Part shown: one piece after another, positions 7,683 to 15,508 of the stretch
Layout: every line of letters begins with the position of its first letter
Numbering within the stretch: the first letter of the stretch is position 1
Assembly: GCA_043816785.1 (NCBI GenBank)
Contig: JBDRHP010000016.1
Span: 1 to 20,626 of the forward strand
Length of the DNA: 20,626 bases
Reading direction: 5' to 3'
Origin: Candidatus Margulisiibacteriota bacterium
Lineage (GTDB): Bacteria; Margulisbacteria; WOR-1; O2-12-FULL-45-9
Program-made: the position numbers and the translations under genes
The notes under the pieces: model-generated
The model's input: the letters and a program-made list of their open reading frames with translations, nothing else
The model's database searches: none
What the model was told of the DNA's origin: nothing

Positions 7683-9008
7683 TTCTTTTTCAAATTTTTC
7701 TTTCTTTTCTATGCGAGCTATTTCTTCTTGTTCTCTCCTGTATTCCGGCATGGCTTTCAATTCTTTAAATTTCTTCAGCAGCTCTTCATGCATATTTTTA
7801 TTATCGCCAGCCACCAGCGAGGCCCGCTTATATTGCTTCACAGCCATAGCCTTTTGCCCGGTTTTTTCATAGGCCCGGGCCAGAATGATATAAAACAACG
7901 GGTTCCCGCCCTCCAGACTGATAGCAACTTCATATTCCGACAGCGCCAGGTCGGTCTTGCCAATGGTATTGTAGGTATCGCCGAGAAAGATATGAAGAAA
8001 TGGATTAGCGGGATCCAGGGCAACCGCTTTTTTGTACGCCGCGATCGCTTCCAGGATCCGGCCCTTGAACCTCAAGTCATGCGCCAGCAAGGTGGGATTT
8101 ATGATCTCGATCTTTGCCCCGCTCTTAAGCTCGCCAAACCATTTCCGGAAGACCTTTTCCTGTTTTTCCGCCAGAGCCGCTTTATCAATATCTTTCTCCT
8201 CACCGGCGAATTTACGCAAACGAGAATCCGTGACCTTAATAATATGATAGCCAAAGCTGGTTTTTATCTGATCGCTCACTTCCCCGATCTTCAGGCTAAA
8301 GGCAGCCTTTTCAAACGGACCGACCATGGTCCCGGTCGTGAAATAATCCAGGTCCCCGCCCTTGGCAGCTGAGCCAGGGTCAAGTGAGTATTTTTTTGCC
8401 AGAGCGGCAAAATCTTCCCCTTTCTTTATTCTAGCCAGCAGGTCCTGGGCAATTGCTTCCTGGGAAACAAGGATATGTCTGGCCCTGACCTCTCTTAAGT
8501 CGTCAGGAGTGACCACAACCCCGCCCCTGACCTTGCCGATCATCTTTTGGACCAGCATCTCATCCTTGACCATTTGCTTGAAACGGCCCAGGTTCAAGCC
8601 CAACCGCTTCAAAGAGTTCTCCAGATCTTTTGTGGAAGCCAATTTTTCCTGCTTAACAATATTATTGATCGCTGCGTCAACCTCCCGGTTAATGACTTTC
8701 ACTTCGCCTTTGGCCTTAGCCAGGATCAGGGTAAAGTCAACCGTCTGGCCCAGGGCCAGATTCTGAACAAAAGCCAGATCCGAAGGCTGCAGATTAGTGC
8801 CAACCTGTTTAACCAGGCGGTTCATCATTTCCTGGTAACGATAGGGATCGATACTTTTGCCGTTTACCTTGGCAATCCCGCTTTCGGGCGCGGGCTTGCC
8901 CCGGCTCTGCCAGCTGGACGCGCCGATACCGTAGAACATTGTGGCGGCAAAGACAACTGCGACAAGGATCATAATGGTCCGCATCTTCTTACGTAAAAAA
9001 GTCAACAT
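7665..9008 (-). CDS. PrsA/SurA/PpiD-like parvulin peptidyl-prolyl isomerase with C-terminal TPR repeats
   Basis: N-terminal membrane anchor, IAKVNG SurA_N-like region, parvulin motifs VRARHILV, DFAALAKKYS.D, GGDL and FGYHII, then TPR-like repeats (EAIAAYKKAVALDP..., LGDTY...ALSEYE...). Confidence 0.88.
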   Translation of the reverse strand: MLTFLRKKMRTIMILVAVVFAATMFYGIGASSWQSRGKPAPESGIAKVNGKSIDPYRYQEMMNRLVKQVGTNLQPSDLAFVQNLALGQTVDFTLILAKAKGEVKVINREVDAAINNIVKQEKLASTKDLENSLKRLGLNLGRFKQMVKDEMLVQKMIGKVRGGVVVTPDDLREVRARHILVSQEAIAQDLLARIKKGEDFAALAKKYSLDPGSAAKGGDLDYFTTGTMVGPFEKAAFSLKIGEVSDQIKTSFGYHIIKVTDSRLRKFAGEEKDIDKAALAEKQEKVFRKWFGELKSGAKIEIINPTLLAHDLRFKGRILEAIAAYKKAVALDPANPFLHIFLGDTYNTIGKTDLALSEYEVAISLEGGNPLFYIILARAYEKTGQKAMAVKQYKRASLVAGDNKNMHEELLKKFKELKAMPEYRREQEEIARIEKKEKFEKELRGDQ

Positions 9009-9013
9009 ATTTA

Positions 9014-9901
9014 TTAAACCTCCGCTTTTAAGACTCGGGAAACAGAAATATAGGCCCCCAGCATCCCCAGACCCGTCCCGCCAAAGATCATGGCCAGGTA
9101 AACAACCGCTAGCACCCTCTGATCGTTGATCAGCGGCAAAAACGGCAAAGCCATAGAAATCCTGAGCAAAATAGCGTCATAAGACAGCTTCAGAACTATA
9201 AACGAAGCCAACCCGCCCAGCACACCAAGAATGACCCCTTCAATAATAAAAGGCCATTTTACAAAGGTGTCAGTCGCGCCAACCAGTTTCATTATAGAAA
9301 TATCCGTCTCCCGGGCTAAAACCGTCAACCGGACCGTATTAACCACTATGAGCAAAGTAGCAAAAGAGATCAGAATTACCAGCGCCGCTCCTCCAATCCT
9401 CACCGCATCGATCAGGTTTTTGATCTGACCAATAAACTTACCGCTGTAGCGCACCTCATCAATCACCTCAAGATCAGACACCTGCTTGGCCACCTGCGAC
9501 AATTGTTCAGGCGTGCGCACCTGGATGTTAAAGGTATGGGGCAAGGGATTATTGACCATGAGCTCGTTCAGGTCCAGCTTGGTGCCAAACTCCTGCTTAA
9601 ATTTTCGCCAGGCTTCGGTCCGGGAAATAAATTCCACTTTTTCCACGCCTGGCATCTTGGACAAGGTTATCTGCAAAGCGCCGGCGGATTCCAAAGACAG
9701 GTCCTTTTCCACGTAGGCGGCAATATCCATTTTTGACGAAAGTGTCCCGACCATGTTGCCAAGATTCATCACCAGCAGCAAAAATAAGCCAAAGATGACC
9801 AGAGCCACACTGATCGTGCCAACAGCGACAAAGCTCATCAGCGCGCCGCGGCGGAAGGACCGTAACGCCTCGATCAGAAAGAATTCCAGATTACTAAACA
9901 T
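9014..9901 (-). CDS. ftsX: Cell-division ABC transporter permease FtsX
   Basis: TM1, extracytoplasmic loop with NPLP, and NTVRLTVLARE.DI.IMKLVGAT..FVKWPF..EG. Directly downstream of ftsE. Start placed at ATG 9901. Confidence 0.95.
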   Translation of the reverse strand: MFSNLEFFLIEALRSFRRGALMSFVAVGTISVALVIFGLFLLLVMNLGNMVGTLSSKMDIAAYVEKDLSLESAGALQITLSKMPGVEKVEFISRTEAWRKFKQEFGTKLDLNELMVNNPLPHTFNIQVRTPEQLSQVAKQVSDLEVIDEVRYSGKFIGQIKNLIDAVRIGGAALVILISFATLLIVVNTVRLTVLARETDISIMKLVGATDTFVKWPFIIEGVILGVLGGLASFIVLKLSYDAILLRISMALPFLPLINDQRVLAVVYLAMIFGGTGLGMLGAYISVSRVLKAEV

Positions 9902-10574
9902 TGTAGCCTCCCAGCAGCTGATCCCTGACGATCCGGCCGTTCTCCAAGGCCACAACCCTTCTTTTCATGTTATCAACAATGCTTTTGTTATGCGTGGCCA
10001 CCAGCACGGTGGTGCTGCGGCGGTTGATCTTATCTAGCAGCTGGAGAATGTCCCAGGAAGTAGTGGGATCGAGATTGCCAGTTGGCTCATCAGCCAGCAG
10101 GATCGGCGGATTATTGACAATGGCCCGGGCAATGCAAGCGCGCTGTTTTTCCCCGCCGGACAGTTCATCCGGGAAGGCATTGGCCCGCCGCAACATGCCG
10201 ACCAGCTCCAGAGCCTGCATAACCTTGCGCCTAATAGTTGATCTGGGCGCCCCAGTCACCCGCAGGGCAAAAGCCACGTTCTCAAAAACCGTGCGCCGCG
10301 GCAGAAGTTTATAATCCTGAAAAACCACCCCAATATTGCGCCGCAAGTAAGGCACTTGCTTGGGGTCTAACTCAGCCACGTTTACCCGGTCAACAACCAC
10401 CCGGCCGGAGCTGGGCACTTCTTCGCGATAGAGCAACTTCATCATGGTGGTTTTGCCGGCGCCGGAAGGACCGACAATAAAGATAAATTCTTCTTTGCCG
10501 ATATTAAGATTGATGTTAAAAAGGACTTCTATCCCGTTGTGAAAAGACTTGGAAACATTAACCAGCTCAATCAT
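9894..10574 (-). CDS. ftsE: Cell-division ATP-binding protein FtsE
   Basis: Walker A GPSGAGKT, VPYLRRNIGVVFQDYKLL, LSGGEKQR, ADEPTGNLD and ATH. Confidence 0.96.
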   Translation of the reverse strand: MIELVNVSKSFHNGIEVLFNINLNIGKEEFIFIVGPSGAGKTTMMKLLYREEVPSSGRVVVDRVNVAELDPKQVPYLRRNIGVVFQDYKLLPRRTVFENVAFALRVTGAPRSTIRRKVMQALELVGMLRRANAFPDELSGGEKQRACIARAIVNNPPILLADEPTGNLDPTTSWDILQLLDKINRRSTTVLVATHNKSIVDNMKRRVVALENGRIVRDQLLGGYNV

Positions 10575-10580
10575 GATTTT

Positions 10581-10609
10581 ATTTTACCAAAAAAAAGAAA
10601 CAATGTCGA
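10581..10609 (-). promoter_or_regulatory. Putative promoter giving a leaderless ftsE transcript
   Basis: Minus strand TCGACA, 17 nt, TAAAAT (extended TG), 6 nt, ATG. No Shine-Dalgarno. Confidence 0.6.
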
Positions 10610-10616
10610 ATATTAT

Positions 10617-10737
10617 CCTCACCCCTGCCTGCCGGCAGGCAGGCCCGCCAGCGCTTAAGACTCCTCCCCCTCTCCATCTACGATGGAGAGGGGGCATAAG
10701 AAAAAAGTTAACGTTAAAGATAAAATTGGGGGTGAGG
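10617..10737. repeat. Composite palindromic intergenic element (CCTCACCCC...CCCTCTCC/GGAGAGGG...GGGGTGAGG type) between glyA and ftsE
   Basis: Outer arms cctcacc[+ccc] and gggggtgagg (10728-10737). Inner perfect 13-bp hairpin ccccctctccatc-tac-gatggagaggggg (10666-10694). Confidence 0.8.
10624..10643. repeat. 20-bp perfect palindrome CCTGCCTGCCGGCAGGCAGG, copy 1
   Basis: Self-complementary; identical copy at 12033-12052. Confidence 0.92.
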
Positions 10738-10741
10738 TTTC

Positions 10742-11989
10742 TTACGCGTAAAGCGGGAACTGCTGACAAAGCTCTTTCACCCTGGCAGAAACTTCCTTTT
10801 TAATGTTAGCATCGGAAACCTTGCTCAGGGTTTTGCCGATCAGGTCAGCAACCAGTTTCATTTCCCCTTCTTTCATGCCGCGAGTGGTCAAAGCCGGCGT
10901 GCCGATCCGGATACCAGAGGTTACAAATGGTTTTTCCGGATCAAAGGGAATAGTATTCTTATTGACAGTAATGCCAACCTCATCAAGAACCTTTTCAGCG
11001 ATCTTGCCCGTGATCTTTTTTGGCCGCAGGTCAACCAGCACTAAGTGGTTGTCCGTCCCGCCGGATACCAGGCGAAAACCATTTTTCAGCAAGCCTTCTG
11101 CTAAGGCTTTAGCGTTCTTAACGATCTGCTCAGCATATTTCTTATATTCCGGTGTCATGGCTTCTTTAAAACAAATAGCCTTGGCAGCTATGATGTGCTC
11201 TAAAGGCCCGCCCTGGTTCCCGGGAAAAATAGCCTTATCAACCTGTTTAGCAAATTCTGCTTTACACAGGATCAACCCGGCCCTGGGACCTCTCAAGGTC
11301 TTATGAGTGGTTGAAGTGACAACTTCTGAGACTGGAACCGGTGAAGGATGAAAACCAGTAGCAACCAAACCAGCTATATGAGCAATATCAACTAATAGAA
11401 CTGCCCCTACTTCATCGCAAATCTCGCGGAACTTAACAAAATCAATAATTCTAGGATAGGCTGTAGCGCCGGTTACGATCATTTTCGGCTTATGTTCTTT
11501 AGCCGCGGTCCGTAGAGCGTCAAAATCAATGGTCTCGGTATCTTTCTTAACCCCATAGGAACTAAAATTAAACAAGATGCCGGAAGCGTTTACTTTACTG
11601 CCATGGGTTAAATGTCCGCCATGGGAAAGATTTAGCCCCATGACATGGTCGCCGGGTTTCATAAATGCCATATAGGCGGCGATATTGGCTTGTGAGCCGG
11701 AATGCGGCTGGACATTAGCGTGGTCAGCACCGAATAATTTTTTAGCTCTTTCAATCGCCAAGGACTCAGAAACATCAACACAATGGCAGCCGCCGTAATA
11801 ACGCTTGCCAGGATAGCCTTCAGCGTATTTATTGGTTAGAACCGAACCACAAGCTTCTAGAACAGCGCGTGAGGTAAAATTCTCTGAGGCGATCATCTCC
11901 AAGTTGGTTTGCTGGCGATTTAATTCATCATCAATTGCCTTGGCAATTTCCGGATCAACTTTTCTCACATGTTCGATATTAAAATGCAT
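10742..11989 (-). CDS. glyA: Serine hydroxymethyltransferase
   Basis: Motifs [51 protein letters not shown] (PLP Lys) and SGIRIGTPA. Confidence 0.99.
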   Translation of the reverse strand: MHFNIEHVRKVDPEIAKAIDDELNRQQTNLEMIASENFTSRAVLEACGSVLTNKYAEGYPGKRYYGGCHCVDVSESLAIERAKKLFGADHANVQPHSGSQANIAAYMAFMKPGDHVMGLNLSHGGHLTHGSKVNASGILFNFSSYGVKKDTETIDFDALRTAAKEHKPKMIVTGATAYPRIIDFVKFREICDEVGAVLLVDIAHIAGLVATGFHPSPVPVSEVVTSTTHKTLRGPRAGLILCKAEFAKQVDKAIFPGNQGGPLEHIIAAKAICFKEAMTPEYKKYAEQIVKNAKALAEGLLKNGFRLVSGGTDNHLVLVDLRPKKITGKIAEKVLDEVGITVNKNTIPFDPEKPFVTSGIRIGTPALTTRGMKEGEMKLVADLIGKTLSKVSDANIKKEVSARVKELCQQFPLYA

Positions 11990-11995
11990 GATTAA

Positions 11996-12004
11996 ATTAT
12001 ATCA
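11996..12004 (-). promoter_or_regulatory. Extended -10 promoter, probably giving a leaderless glyA transcript
   Basis: Minus strand TGaTATAAT, then 6 nt (ttaatc), then ATG 11989. No Shine-Dalgarno. Confidence 0.6.
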
Positions 12005-12013
12005 CGCTGATTT

Positions 12014-12067
12014 GAAAAGAAAAAGCCCCCGACCTGCCTGCCGGCAGGCAGGTTTCTCGGGGGCTTT
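12014..12067 (-). terminator. Intrinsic terminator of the vWA lipoprotein gene, interrupted by the 20-bp palindrome
   Basis: Minus strand AAAGCCCCCGA-GAAA-[20-mer]-TCGGGGGCTTT-TTCTTTTC, starting 24 nt after the stop at 12091. Confidence 0.8.
12033..12052. repeat. 20-bp perfect palindrome CCTGCCTGCCGGCAGGCAGG, copy 2
   Basis: Identical to 10624-10643. Confidence 0.92.
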
Positions 12068-12090
12068 ACTCTTAGCGATAAAACTGTCAG

Positions 12091-13194
12091 TTACTGAGCA
12101 ATAAAAGATACGACAACTGACTGCGAGAAGGTCCCGTAAGTATGCAGGGTGATCCTTACCCAGTATTGCTGTCCAGCTGTCAAAGAAGTTGACAACGTGC
12201 AGGTCGCGGTATAAGCATCGGTCAAGGCTTGAGCCAACTGGGTGTAAATGTCTTCCAGCGCACCCAATGCCCGGATTTGATCCGCCGACATGACGGACAA
12301 GCCAGTTACACCAACAATCACTTCATGATAAGACTCACTGGTACCAGTTGTGGCCAGTGCAATTCTTTGCAGCGGCGCGCGGTTTGAGCTGGCCTCTGAA
12401 GAAGTATCAAACAAACCAACTGTATAAACCGGCAATCCAGCAGCAATTGCTTCGGTAGTTACATCATATTCTGTTTTACTACCATAATTATTTGCACCGT
12501 CAGTCATGGCGATGACACCCCTGACATAGTTTGTTGAATTAACAGCTGCTGTTTCAGTAATACCAGTTGAGGCTCCGGTAAAGAAAGCTGTGGAGCCGCC
12601 ATAAGGTGCTTCTACACTAGCGGCAATTTTCAGCACATTCTTATCAGTAGTCATTGCCGCCTCAATTGAAACAACGCTATCAAAATTAATGATCGCGGCC
12701 TGACTGTCATTTGACATTAGATCAATGAATATATCGGCAGCAGCTTCTAAGGTCCTGACCTTAGCATCCCCTGGTGATAAGGGATCCATCATGCTGCCGC
12801 TCTTATCCAGAACCATGCCTACAGCAATCGGTTTGGAGGTATTAGCACCTGAAGATAAAACATTGATAACTACAGTCCCAACTAAACCAGCCGCTGAAAT
12901 ACCACTGCTGCCAGGGTTAGAATCATAAACCTCAATCGAGACATTGCCGCGAGTTATGTTGGTTAAGGTGGTGCTAGCTTGATCAACCGCCAGGAAGTTC
13001 AGACTTAAGGTATTACCTGTCCCAGTAGTGCTGCCGCCAGATAACGTAACACTTGTCGTGCCGGATGGCGGATCAGCTGGAGTCGTGCTATCGTTTGGAT
13101 TAACAGGATCACTAGTAACCGTGGAACAACCAGCAGCAAAAAACATAGAAGCAACCAAGCAAAAAACCAAAAAACCTATTTTTCTTTTCGTCAT
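12091..13194 (-). CDS. Putative lipoprotein with von Willebrand factor A domain
   Basis: Signal peptide with lipobox FAAGC; Ser/Thr/Pro-rich linker; MIDAS DKSGSM...GGST...MTDG; PVYTVG. AAGGAGG Shine-Dalgarno upstream. Confidence 0.85.
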   Translation of the reverse strand: MTKRKIGFLVFCLVASMFFAAGCSTVTSDPVNPNDSTTPADPPSGTTSVTLSGGSTTGTGNTLSLNFLAVDQASTTLTNITRGNVSIEVYDSNPGSSGISAAGLVGTVVINVLSSGANTSKPIAVGMVLDKSGSMMDPLSPGDAKVRTLEAAADIFIDLMSNDSQAAIINFDSVVSIEAAMTTDKNVLKIAASVEAPYGGSTAFFTGASTGITETAAVNSTNYVRGVIAMTDGANNYGSKTEYDVTTEAIAAGLPVYTVGLFDTSSEASSNRAPLQRIALATTGTSESYHEVIVGVTGLSVMSADQIRALGALEDIYTQLAQALTDAYTATCTLSTSLTAGQQYWVRITLHTYGTFSQSVVVSFIAQ

Positions 13195-13225
13195 CGTTTA
13201 CCCTCCTTGAAATTTAATCTGGCTT

Positions 13226-13254
13226 ATTATAGATCGTTAATTATAAAACGTCAA
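13226..13254 (-). promoter_or_regulatory. Near-consensus sigma70 promoter of the vWA lipoprotein gene
   Basis: Minus strand TTGACG (13254-13249), 17 nt, TATAAT (13231-13226). Confidence 0.75.
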
Positions 13255-13255
13255 C

Positions 13256-13927
13256 TTAAAACTTATAAACCCCTGCGGCTGTCAACCCCAGAGCGGTATT
13301 ATAACCAATTTTGACCTTAATTTTGCCAAAGGTTGTCCCGCCAAAGATCCCGGCGCCAAAATTGCTGCCGCCAATGTTGCCGGAAACACCGGGAACACCA
13401 CTAACTGTTTTAGAATAATTTGCCAAACCTGCTTCCAAACCAGCAAAATTATTTCCCAAAGGCATTATCGCGGCCACGTCAGCAATAACAATTGAAAAAG
13501 AGTTGCCAATCGCATACCCGGCTTCAAAAGCCAAATCAATATTTTGGGCAACTGGCAAAAGATACCCTGCCCCCAGGGCCAATGAGCCGCCAGCCAGTCC
13601 GCCATTCACCTGAAACCCAGCGGATCGGTCAATTTTTGGTCCGGGCTTAGAGGCGACACTCGTTCCCCCCTCGGCCTTCTCCAGCTTGACAATTTCCTCA
13701 CCAAGAAGTTTGGCTCTGGCCAATTGTTGGCGTTTAGCTTCATTTATCTCTGCGATCTTGTTGATCTTTTTTTCGCCTCTGGCTTTTCTGATCTTCTCAT
13801 CAAGCAAAATAATATATTTTTTTACTTTGGCTAACTCCTCTTTCTTTTCTGCCAGCTGAGCAAAAGCCGCCTGCGTTAATCCAATCACTAAAACAACTAC
13901 AGTAAACATCGCCACGATTCTCTTCAT
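13256..13927 (-). CDS. Secreted hypothetical protein: signal peptide, coiled coil, probable small outer-membrane beta-barrel
   Basis: Sec signal ending AFA; Lys/Glu-rich helical segment; Gly/aromatic alternating C-terminal strands ending YKF. ATG 13927 lies 8 nt after AAGGAGG. Confidence 0.7.
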   Translation of the reverse strand: MKRIVAMFTVVVLVIGLTQAAFAQLAEKKEELAKVKKYIILLDEKIRKARGEKKINKIAEINEAKRQQLARAKLLGEEIVKLEKAEGGTSVASKPGPKIDRSAGFQVNGGLAGGSLALGAGYLLPVAQNIDLAFEAGYAIGNSFSIVIADVAAIMPLGNNFAGLEAGLANYSKTVSGVPGVSGNIGGSNFGAGIFGGTTFGKIKVKIGYNTALGLTAAGVYKF

Positions 13928-13965
13928 GAACACTTCCTCCTTGACATAAATATATTAATAAACGA

Positions 13966-13993
13966 ATTATATATTAATGGTTGTCCTTGTCAA
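13966..13993 (-). promoter_or_regulatory. Putative sigma70 promoter of the beta-barrel gene
   Basis: Minus strand TTGACA (13993-13988), 16 nt, TATAAT (13971-13966). Confidence 0.7.
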
Positions 13994-14015
13994 GCACAAA
14001 CTTTCACTGTATAAT
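13987..14015 (+). promoter_or_regulatory. Putative sigma70 promoter of the zinc finger-guaB-guaA operon
   Basis: TTGTCA (13987-13992), 17 nt, TATAAT (14010-14015). Confidence 0.7.
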
Positions 14016-14032
14016 TCTCAATTAATTACCCA

Positions 14033-14347
14033 ATGGCCAATTTTGAGGAATACAAAGAACTTTTGGAAGAAAACGCCCCAAGTGAATGCCAGGCTTGCGG
14101 CGGCCCGCTGGTCCTGGAAAAAGTCAATTTAGAAGATTATCAAGGCGGCAAACTTTTTATGATGGAAAAAGTGCCGGCCTTTGTCTGCCAGAACTGCGGA
14201 GAAATCTGGGTCCCGGAACCAGTCATGCTTGAATTTGAAAGAATGATCGAGACGGTTAAACTCAAGAAGCAAGAAAAAAATGTTAAAAAGAAAACCCCGG
14301 TTAAAAAACACAAAGAAAAAAAGAAAAACATAAGAGAGGAGCATTAA
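14033..14347 (+). CDS. YgiT-type (MqsA N-terminal-like) zinc-finger protein with Lys-rich tail
   Basis: CQACGG...KVPAFVCQNCGE matches the YgiT-type zinc-ribbon pattern. Its stop abuts the guaB ATG. Confidence 0.8.
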   Translation: MANFEEYKELLEENAPSECQACGGPLVLEKVNLEDYQGGKLFMMEKVPAFVCQNCGEIWVPEPVMLEFERMIETVKLKKQEKNVKKKTPVKKHKEKKKNIREEH

Positions 14348-15508
14348 ATGGATATCTCGTTAGGCAAATCTAAAAAAACCCGGCGCGCTTATGGCTTCGA
14401 TGAAATTTCCCTTGTCCCCTCGATCGTTACTGTTAACCCTGATGATACTGATGTTTCAGTTATCATCGGAGGAAAAAGACTAGAGATCCCGATCATTGCT
14501 TCTGCCATGGACGGCGTGGTGAGCCCAAAAACCGCCATTCTAATGAGCAAACTCGGCGGTCTGGGCGTTCTCAATCTGCAAGGCGTTTGGTCGCGCTACG
14601 ATGACGCGGAAAAGATATTGGCAAAAATAGCTTCTGTTAACAAAGAAGAATATGTCCCGCTGATGCAAAAACTATATCAAGAGCCGATCAAAAACGAACT
14701 AGTTATTAAAAGAGTCAAGGAGATCAAAGCCAGCGGGGGCATTGCCGCTGTTTCCTCTACCCCTCAGGACGCCTTAGAGCTTGGCCCGATCGCCCGGGAT
14801 GCTGGGGTTGATATTTTCGTGGTCCAGTCAACGGTTCTCTCCACCAAGCATAAATCTTCGACGTCAGAGCCGCTTGATCTGAAAAAGTTCTGCAGCATGA
14901 TGAAAGTGCCTATCTTGGTCGGCAATTGCGTTACTTACGAAGTCGCTTTGACTTTAATGGGCACAGGGGTGGCTGGGGTTTTAGTTGGTATTGGCCCAGG
15001 CGCGGCCTGTACTTCACGAGGAGTTCTGGGCGTTGGAGTGCCAATGGCTACGGCAATCGCTGACTGCGCAGCAGCGCGTGACTCATATTTTAAAGAAAAT
15101 AACATATATGTCCCGATCATTGGCGACGGCGGCATGGTAGTTGGCGGAGACATCTGCAAAGCTATAGCCTGCGGCGCTGACGCGGTGATGATCGGCTCCC
15201 CGATCGCTAAAGCAACAGAGTCACCCGGCGGAGATTTTCATTGGGGCATGGCTACACCATCCCCAACTCTGCCTCGCGGCTCCAGGATCAAAGTCGGCAC
15301 GATCGGCTCACTCAAAGAGATACTGCACGGGCCAGCAAAATACGATGATGGCAGCATGAACTTTGCTGGCGCGTTAAAAACCTCCATGGGAACTTTAGGC
15401 GCTTCCAACTTAAAAGAAATGCAGCAGGTAGACATAGTGATCGCGCCTTCGATCCTGACCGAAGGCAAGGTTTATCAAAAAGCTCAGCAGTTAGGCATGT
15501 ATAAATAA
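14348..15508 (+). CDS. guaB: GuaB3-type IMP dehydrogenase (no CBS subdomain)
   Basis: Motifs [31 protein letters not shown] (catalytic Cys), [19 protein letters not shown] and [14 protein letters not shown]. Coupled to guaA. Confidence 0.93.
   Translation: MDISLGKSKKTRRAYGFDEISLVPSIVTVNPDDTDVSVIIGGKRLEIPIIASAMDGVVSPKTAILMSKLGGLGVLNLQGVWSRYDDAEKILAKIASVNKEEYVPLMQKLYQEPIKNELVIKRVKEIKASGGIAAVSSTPQDALELGPIARDAGVDIFVVQSTVLSTKHKSSTSEPLDLKKFCSMMKVPILVGNCVTYEVALTLMGTGVAGVLVGIGPGAACTSRGVLGVGVPMATAIADCAAARDSYFKENNIYVPIIGDGGMVVGGDICKAIACGADAVMIGSPIAKATESPGGDFHWGMATPSPTLPRGSRIKVGTIGSLKEILHGPAKYDDGSMNFAGALKTSMGTLGASNLKEMQQVDIVIAPSILTEGKVYQKAQQLGMYK

Noticed and set aside
5710..8996. Long antisense or alternate-frame ORFs (5710-6138, 5855-6409, 7728-8372, 8362-8766, 8547-8996)
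   Set aside because: They lie opposite well-supported genes and have no recognisable motifs.
10549..10803. ORFs 10549-10803 (+) and 10584-10769 (-), plus 11832-12104 (+), all containing PACRQAG
   Set aside because: The shared peptide is just the translation of the 20-bp palindrome. The ORFs cross repeats or overlap real genes and lack RBSs.
14033..14347. MqsRA-type toxin-antitoxin module
   Set aside because: No HTH domain and no adjacent toxin ORF; the upstream gene is divergent and the downstream gene is guaB.
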